NCBI GenBank assembly: GCA_951406725.2
Contig: OX597817.1
Span: 130,510,001 to 130,574,000 of the forward strand
Source: Octopus vulgaris
Lineage: Eukaryota
Length of the DNA: 64,000 nt
Reading direction: 5' to 3'
Each line of letters opens with the position of its first letter. Position 1 is the stretch's first letter. A program made the position numbers and the translations under genes. Shown in pieces: positions 55,553 to 64,000 of this stretch. The notes beneath the pieces were generated by a model. The model saw nothing but the letters and a program-made list of their open reading frames with translations, searched no databases and had not been told where the DNA came from.

Positions 55553-55801
55553 ACACACACACACACACACACACATTTATAATCTCAAAAGATTGGAAAA
55601 AATTTAGGTATTATTTATTCACCATTACATGTCTTTTATTAATGAGTTACAAAATTGTACATGTTGGAGAAACATGTAAGAAATTGTACATGTTGGAGAA
55701 ATCAGTATAGTAGGGTCAGCTGACAGGGGTTGGACGGTTTGAGTGAGAACTGGCCAGCCAGTAGGCTGCACCAGGCTCAAATCTGATCTGGCAAGGTTTC
55801 T

Positions 55802-56029
55802 TATTTCTTTATTGCCCACATGGGGCTAAACATAGAGAAGACAAACAAGGATAGACAAAGGGATTAAGTCGATTACATCGACCCCAGTGCGTAACTGGTA
55901 CTTAATTTATCGACCCCGAAAGGATGAAAGGCAAAGTCGACCTTGGCGGAATTTGAACTCAGAATATAAAAACAGACAAAATACTGCTAAGCATTTCGCC
56001 TAGCGTTCTAATGACTCTGCCAGCTCGCT
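55802..56029 (-). mobile_element. SINE family B copy nested inside a family C copy
   Basis: Interrupts the family C sequence GGCAAGGTTTCT|ACAGC with duplicated GGTTTCT. Confidence 0.9.
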
Positions 56030-56089
56030 GGTTTCTACAGCTTCCTGCCCTTCCTAATGCCAACCACTCCGAGAGTGTAGTGGGATTTT

Positions 56090-56574
56090 GTGCAGATTTT
56101 AGCGAAGCGATCAATATTTGATTCTCACGATCAGCCAACCTAATATCTGCATTTGCTACTCACAGTTTTGAATTGCTAAACATTATTATTGCACTTCCTT
56201 AATTTGAATCTTAAACCTTAATGATTTCATTCATACATTTCTATACATACTTTTTTGAATGCCAATTACCTTGATAATTCTGTATTTTTACAGTTAAACT
56301 TTTTCCAAGACAGTAGATAAATTTTTCATTCCACAATGTATTTGTTGTGGCTTCATGCAGGCATAGCGTGGATTCGATCCTCAATTGCCAAATTTCACTT
56401 AGTACTTCAACAGCACTTTTCTCATGATAAAATAACAGTTTTTCTGTGTATGTAAGCAGTTATACATTTCCCAGATGCTTTCGCTAAGCAGAAAAGTTAC
56501 TTTCTTATATAAGAGTATTAAGGCATTTCAGTAGAACATCTTTACCCCCAGTAATTACCAGGTACACCAGCTAG
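56090..56574 (+). mobile_element. Probable non-autonomous Helitron-like fragment (3' terminus)
   Basis: Ends in a decayed GC hairpin TACCCCCAGTAATTACCAGGTA followed by CACCAG-CTAG then T (CTAG at 56571-56574), the typical Helitron 3' signature. Left boundary is a guess. Confidence 0.5.
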
Positions 56575-56576
56575 TA

Positions 56577-58054
<1,478 letters not shown>

Positions 58055-58132
58055 GATACTTTGATAGGTTTCGGCCATTATTGGCCCAGGCCATGTCTAA
58101 CTTAATAGCACCACCTGGTGAAGTCTTTCAAG

Positions 58133-61100
58133 TCAGAATTTGGGCACTATGGCCCACTCAAGTAGAGAGTTATTGTTTACAGAGACATATCCGGGTGTAG
58201 GGGGTTTATCCGGGATTTCTTGAAGGAATCTGTCCAAAGACTTCTTGAACCCTATAGGGTCAGTTTCTGTTTTAATGTGTTTTGGTGTAATGTTAAAGAG
58301 AGCGGGGCCAATTGAGGTGAAATAATTGTGCCGTATTGTTGTTATGAGATGAGAGTGCGATTTTTGTTTTGGGCGGATGGCACGGGGCCCAAGCCTTGGA
58401 TGTACCTTAAAGGTGATGCCAACATCATTTGGGCAATGCTGATGGAATATTTTCCACATCATGCAGATGATGTAGCGCTCACGACGACGTTGGAGAGAAT
58501 AGAGTTTTAGCTTTTCTAGTCGACCCCAATAGTCGAGGCCTGTCATGCCATCTATCTTTTTTGTGATTGCCCTTTGAGGTGCTTCGACTTTTTTGATACC
58601 TTGTATTGTGTGGGGAGACCACAGTGGACAACAGTATTCAAGGTGGGGTCGGGCAAAAGTGGAGAAGAGAAGGATAATGGTGTGGATATCTCTCGACTGG
58701 AAAGTTCTGAGAATCCAGGAACACATTCTGCGGGCCATGTCAACTTTGGTGTTTATATGAGTGGCCCAGCTTACGTTGTTGTCCACAATTACTCCCAAGT
58801 CTCTGATGTTGTTGGACGCCGCGAGAGTTTCACCTGAAGGAAGGGAGTATGGGAGTTTCAGGGCATCCTCTTTTCCAAAGTGGATTAGCTCAAATTTATC
58901 CTCGTTCAGCAGCATATTGTTTTTTTCTGCCCATTGGATAACAGCCAGTAGATCTGACTGAAGGCATGTCCGGTCACTCGCCTCATTTATGACCTTCTGT
59001 AGCTTGGAGTCATCTGCAAAGATTTTTATGTTGCTGTGCTTGATGATGTCATTAATGTCATTAATGTAAATGATGAAAAGAAGTGGGCCCAGCACAGTGC
59101 CTTGCGGAACGCCACTACTGACTTTGGCTGGGCTTGATTTTACCCCTTCAACTACAACATGTTGAGATCTGTCTGTCAGGAAACACTTAATCCATTTCAG
59201 TAACTTTCCAGAGACACCAATGTTGGATAGTTTTTTCAATAGGATCTTGTGATCGACCCTGTCGAAGGCCTTACTGAAATCAAGGTAGATGACATCGGTG
59301 TTGGAGCCCTCTCCCAAAGCTCTCAAAATGTCCTCAAAGTGATGCAGGAGCTGCGTTAGGCAGTCCCTTCCATTACGGAACCCATGTTGGTTGGAGATCA
59401 GCCGTCTGTTGCTTTCCAGAAATTGGGTTATTTGAGATCTCACCACCCTCTCAAATACCTTGATGATATGAGAGGTGAGTGAGATCGGACGGTAATTCAC
59501 TGCAAGGGACTTGTTTCCCTTTTTGAAAACTGGGACAACAGACTGGGACAGAAGGTTTTTTGGAATATAGCCAGCATCCAGTGAGTTTCTCCACAGATTA
59601 GCAAGGGGAGATGCAAGTTGGTGTCGACACACCTTCAGGACACAAGCAGGGAACCTATCGGGGCCTACTGCTGAATTGTGTTTTATTTCGTTTATCGCCG
59701 CTAAGACATCAGGGGCACTAAACGTTATGTCCGATATAGTGTGTTGGGGGTTGACATCACTGATACAGCCCAGATCGGCCATATCAGGATTGCTGAAAAC
59801 AGAGCAGTATTGTTTCTGCAGTATCTCGGCCATGGATTTGGCATTATCTTGGAGAGTGCCAGTTTCGTCAATTAGAGGGCCTACAGTGGAGACAGTGACC
59901 CTGCGTTTCCTCGCAAATGAAAAGAACACTTTGGGGTTGAGTTTGATTTTTTCAATGGCCCACTTCTCCTCAGCTGATCTTTGGTTATTGATGAGGGACT
60001 TCATGCATTGTTGGAGGTTATATTTTTTGGATTCAAGCAGTGCGATAGCCGTCGAATGTGTGTGTTGCTGTTGGCAGTACTTTAGTTTGTTAATTTTTTT
60101 GTTTGTTCTTTTTATTTTTCTGATAATGGTTTTTCTGTTTTGGGGGATTCTGCACTTTTTGTTCACAGGTCTTGGTGGGGAGTGTTTTGCACATATGTCT
60201 GTGACGGTGTCTACAAAGATCTGCCAAGATGTTTTATGGTTGGTGGAGATGTGTGTATGTGTAAAGGACCAGTCAACATTTGATAGCTCGTTCCTGATTG
60301 CATCCCAGTTGGCTTTATGGAGATCCATGTTGTCAAATGGGTGGGCTGGAGGAAGGTCACTAGGATTAGCTTTCGGCTGGTGGAATTTCATGTTACAGAG
60401 AACCATGTCATGGTCTGAAAGAAGGGTTTTTTCCACTGTAACGTTATGTATAGTGTTAGTGTGGTTACTAAACACTAGGTCCAAAATGTTCTGATGTCTT
60501 GTTGGTGCAAGGACAAGTTGGGACAAGAAAAACTCATTCGTAAAGTCGAAAAGTGACTCTGCTGCTTCTTTGTCAGCGGTTGAGGCGGGAGTGCTTGGTT
60601 TCAAACAGTTTGTAGTCCAGTCAACACAGGGTAGATTGAAGTCTCCCATCATGAGTATGTTGCTAGAATGGCACTGTTGAATAAAGCACTTAATGCTGTT
60701 GAGGCATTCTTTAAAGCACAGTATGGGTGTTTGGGGCGGCCTATAGAGCCCAATTACTGTCAGATCATTGGCTTTGTTGTGCACGGTGACTGATTCACAG
60801 TAGCCGTTGGAGAATATACTATTTCCATCTGCCGTAAATGAATCATGCAGGAAAATGGCAGTTCCACCCTTCCTCCTGCCGATACGATCCGCGCGGATGG
60901 TTGTGAAATTCTTCACTCTCACTTCGGCTTCCAAGTGGGAGTTGTCAAGGTGGGTCTCAGTGAGAATGAAGAAAGGGATGTGGTGTGAATGGTTACCAAC
61001 CCAGTCTTCAATGAATTGGACCTTCCATTTTTGTGCATTGATGGAAGGGCTGACACCTTGTGCATTGAGTAGGAATGTGGAGGTTAGTGTAGTGGCTGGT

Positions 61101-61372
61101 TTTGACTGTTGCAGGGGGCTTGGATTTTTTGTGTGTGTTAGTGGCAGCAATGTGGGGAATTGGTGCACTGGGGTAATAGCATAGGATGGTGTTGAGTGAT
61201 GGCTAGAATGTTTTTGTGTATCTCTTTTGCCATGTTCAACATGGCTAAAAAGAATTTTCCTGCTTAGGGAGCAGTTTTTGGCTGGAGGTGTGGTTGCACT
61301 GTTGGATAGGGTTGTAGTTTCCACTTTTGTTGTTGTTGTTTTTGTGTCTTCCTGAAAAGACTGGACCAGCAT
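58133..61372 (-). CDS. LINE ORF2: apurinic-like endonuclease + reverse transcriptase, 1079 aa, uninterrupted
   Basis: APE motifs LLNAQG, LTETHL, GGTAIF, LYRPP, MGDFN, ILDLVF, LSDH. RT motifs GPD, YRPISLTS..K.FER, QHGFR, YLDFSKAFD, SGVPQGTVLGP, FADD. CR1-like C-terminus RPHLEYC, LYSLQRRRER. The true start is uncertain: the first ~95 aa are low-complexity and overlap ORF1. Confidence 0.95.
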   Translation of the reverse strand: MLVQSFQEDTKTTTTKVETTTLSNSATTPPAKNCSLSRKILFSHVEHGKRDTQKHSSHHSTPSYAITPVHQFPTLLPLTHTKNPSPLQQSKPATTLTSTFLLNAQGVSPSINAQKWKVQFIEDWVGNHSHHIPFFILTETHLDNSHLEAEVRVKNFTTIRADRIGRRKGGTAIFLHDSFTADGNSIFSNGYCESVTVHNKANDLTVIGLYRPPQTPILCFKECLNSIKCFIQQCHSSNILMMGDFNLPCVDWTTNCLKPSTPASTADKEAAESLFDFTNEFFLSQLVLAPTRHQNILDLVFSNHTNTIHNVTVEKTLLSDHDMVLCNMKFHQPKANPSDLPPAHPFDNMDLHKANWDAIRNELSNVDWSFTHTHISTNHKTSWQIFVDTVTDICAKHSPPRPVNKKCRIPQNRKTIIRKIKRTNKKINKLKYCQQQHTHSTAIALLESKKYNLQQCMKSLINNQRSAEEKWAIEKIKLNPKVFFSFARKRRVTVSTVGPLIDETGTLQDNAKSMAEILQKQYCSVFSNPDMADLGCISDVNPQHTISDITFSAPDVLAAINEIKHNSAVGPDRFPACVLKVCRHQLASPLANLWRNSLDAGYIPKNLLSQSVVPVFKKGNKSLAVNYRPISLTSHIIKVFERVVRSQITQFLESNRRLISNQHGFRNGRDCLTQLLHHFEDILRALGEGSNTDVIYLDFSKAFDRVDHKILLKKLSNIGVSGKLLKWIKCFLTDRSQHVVVEGVKSSPAKVSSGVPQGTVLGPLLFIIYINDINDIIKHSNIKIFADDSKLQKVINEASDRTCLQSDLLAVIQWAEKNNMLLNEDKFELIHFGKEDALKLPYSLPSGETLAASNNIRDLGVIVDNNVSWATHINTKVDMARRMCSWILRTFQSRDIHTIILLFSTFARPHLEYCCPLWSPHTIQGIKKVEAPQRAITKKIDGMTGLDYWGRLEKLKLYSLQRRRERYIICMMWKIFHQHCPNDVGITFKVHPRLGPRAIRPKQKSHSHLITTIRHNYFTSIGPALFNITPKHIKTETDPIGFKKSLDRFLQEIPDKPPTPGYVSVNNNSLLEWAIVPKF

Positions 61373-61742
61373 TACTGCAGCATGGTGTGTTTCTATTTTT
61401 ATTGTTATTCAGGTTTGTGTGTTTGCTTGAGGCCCCGTTTCTGTTTGTGCGTCGGGTCCCTGGAAGATGAGTGAAGGGACAGTCACTCAGTAGACATGTT
61501 CTCTCACGTTGGGAATACCGGCAGATTTTGGGACTCCGAGTTGTGTGTGTTTTGAATTTCGATTTACTATTTGGTGGTGTTGATGTTATTGTGGGATGCG
61601 TGCTTTGGCCTTGGCCAGTAGTGCGTCTAGTGCCGGGTAGATGCGTGAAGATGCAGTCACTATTTGTGCAGAGTCTCTGGCGCAGTGAATAGCGGCATAT
61701 TTGGGGATTTCTTGTTTGTGCCGTGGGGGCGCATTCTGCTTC
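61245..61742 (-). pseudogene. ORF1-like open frame (165 codons, no ATG) with two tandem CCCH zinc fingers
   Basis: Manual translation gives [19 protein letters not shown] (61697-61641) and CRYSQRERTCLLSDCPFTH (61523-61467). Both are C-X8-C-X4-C-X3-H followed by LPGTRRT. The frame is bounded by TAG at 61745-61743 and 61247-61245. Confidence 0.8.
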
Positions 61743-61920
61743 CTATGTTTCTTTAAGTTTTTGTTACTGCAGTAGTATTGAGGTGGTGATGTGGGGGAAG
61801 AGGGCAGTGGTTTCTTATTTGGTTTTCTGTTGGTATTTTTGGTGATAGAAGACGATGGTGGCAGCGGTGGTGATGATGATGATGATAATTGTGGTGGTTG
61901 CTGTGAGAGCGGTGAAAAGA

Positions 61921-62543
<623 letters not shown>

Positions 62544-62545
<2 letters not shown>

Positions 62546-62633
62546 TAACAATTAAGGAACGGCCATAATAGGGCCACTGGGCCGCTGGTGGCAAAAAAAT
62601 TCTACAAAATTTTCCTTGCCACCCTATATTGAT
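62544..62633 (-). mobile_element. Short LINE-like 3'-end relic within (TA)n
   Basis: Minus strand has a long hairpin GGTGGCAAGGAAAATTTT-GT-AGAATTTTTTTGCCACC, then GGCC-CTATTAT-GGCCG, resembling GGCC-AATAAT-GGCCG at the 3' end of the intact LINE, then (TA)n. Confidence 0.5.
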
Positions 62634-62648
62634 TATATATATATATAT

Positions 62649-62691
<43 letters not shown>

Positions 62692-62723
62692 CATACATAC
62701 ATATATATATATATAATATATAT

Positions 62724-62762
<39 letters not shown>

Positions 62763-63199
62763 CATACATATATATATATATACATATACATACATATATA
62801 TATATATACATATACATACATATATATGTATATACATATACATACATATATATGTATATACATATACATACATATATATATATACATATACATACATATA
62901 TATATATACATATACATACATATATATATATATATATATACATATACATACATATATATATATATATACATATACATACATATATATATATATATATACA
63001 TATACATACATATATATATATATATACATATACATACATATATATATATATATACATATATATACATATATATATACATATACATATACATACATATATA
63101 TATATATACATATATATATATACATATACATACATATATATATATACATATACATACATATATATATATACATATATATATATACATATATATATATAC

Positions 63200-63230
<31 letters not shown>

Positions 63231-63234
63231 CATA
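62634..63234. repeat. (TA)n/(TACA)n/(TATACA)n microsatellite
   Basis: Directly visible. Confidence 0.97.
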
Positions 63235-63347
63235 GATATGTTTCGACCAAAGATTGGTCCAGGCCATGTCTAACTTAATAGCACCCCCTGATAGGATTAT
63301 TTGAATCCTGTTTAAGTCAAGTTTTGTTCAAGTAGTGAGTTCTTTCA
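63235..63347 (-). mobile_element. 5'-truncated 3' end of a sister family of the intact LINE
   Basis: 27-bp identity CCAGGCCATGTCTAACTTAATAGCACC (63259-63285 = 58086-58112). Minus strand encodes [10 protein letters not shown], matching the ORF2 end NNSLLEWAIVPKF*. Confidence 0.9.
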
Positions 63348-63389
63348 TATATATACATGGTGCTTGTGCCTCTCCGAAAGAGACATAAG

Positions 63390-63850
63390 GTATATACGTA
63401 TATATATACACATATACATATGTATATATATGTATATACGTATATACATATGTATATATATATATATATGTATATACGTATATATACACATATACATATC
63501 TATATATATGTATATACGTATATATACACATATGCATATCTATATATATGTATATACACACATATGCATATCTATATATATGTATACACGTATATATACA
63601 CATATGCATATCTATATATATGTATATACGTATATATACACATATGCATATCTATATATATGTATATACGTATATATACACATATGCATATCTATATATA
63701 TGTATATACGTATATATACACATATGCATATCTATATATATGTATACACGTATATATACACATATACATATCTATATATATGTATATACGTATATATATA
63801 CACATATACATATGTATATATATGTATATACACACATATACATATGTATA

Positions 63851-63865
<15 letters not shown>
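63390..63865. repeat. TA-derived minisatellite, ~40-bp unit CATATGCATATCTATATATATGTATATACGTATATATACA
   Basis: Near-exact 40-bp periodicity over 63601-63760, degenerate on both sides. Confidence 0.9.
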
Positions 63866-63892
<27 letters not shown>

Positions 63893-63898
<6 letters not shown>

Positions 63899-64000
63899 GA
63901 CAAACCCGGCCTTGCTCGGGATTAAAATAATTTATTATTGTTTTACTTGTTTCGGTATTATAACCCGGTTTCATTCAGGTCTACGCAGGCCTCATTTTAG
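63893..64000 (-). mobile_element. Probable Helitron-like 3' terminus (continues beyond window)
   Basis: Minus strand CCCGAGCAAGGCCGGG hairpin, an 8-nt spacer, then CTAA-T (CTRR-like end) abutting (TA)n. Confidence 0.55.

Noticed and set aside
58066-58135. Hammerhead or HDV ribozyme in the LINE 3'UTR (GAAAC present)
   Set aside because: There is no CTGANGA core and no nested pseudoknot; it is better explained as 3' recognition stem-loops.
59676-61184. Plus-strand ORFs of 272 aa and 125 aa
   Set aside because: Antisense shadows of LINE ORF2 with no recognisable motifs.
58133-61372. Bacterial retron, group II intron RT or telomerase
   Set aside because: The N-terminal APE domain, FADD motif, CR1-like C-terminus and eukaryotic repeat context indicate a LINE.

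Overview
AT-rich, microsatellite-saturated eukaryotic non-coding DNA. The SINE, MITE and RTE families resemble those I know from Octopus genomes, so an octopod intron or intergenic region is likely (inference). I could not support any host-gene exon, RNA gene or CRISPR array; nearly all ORFs in the supplied track are microsatellite or repeat artefacts. The region 1-56 kb is a graveyard of tRNA-derived SINEs, RTE 3' fragments, TTAA/hAT/pogo-type MITEs, one decayed mariner and one decayed maT-type transposon, a 27-bp minisatellite, and palindromic relics with hammerhead-core-like motifs. The most notable part is 56.5-64 kb, a ~7.3-kb (TA)n-based nest. It holds a ~3.9-kb minus-strand non-LTR retrotransposon with an intact 1079-aa APE+RT ORF2. 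Upstream lies an ORF1-like frame missing from the ORF track, with two CCCH zinc fingers and a near-canonical -1 frameshift site plus hairpin at the ORF1/ORF2 junction. The nest also holds two more co-oriented LINE-like 3' ends, one with compensatory base changes in the terminal hairpin, and it is bracketed by two inward-pointing Helitron-like 3' termini.
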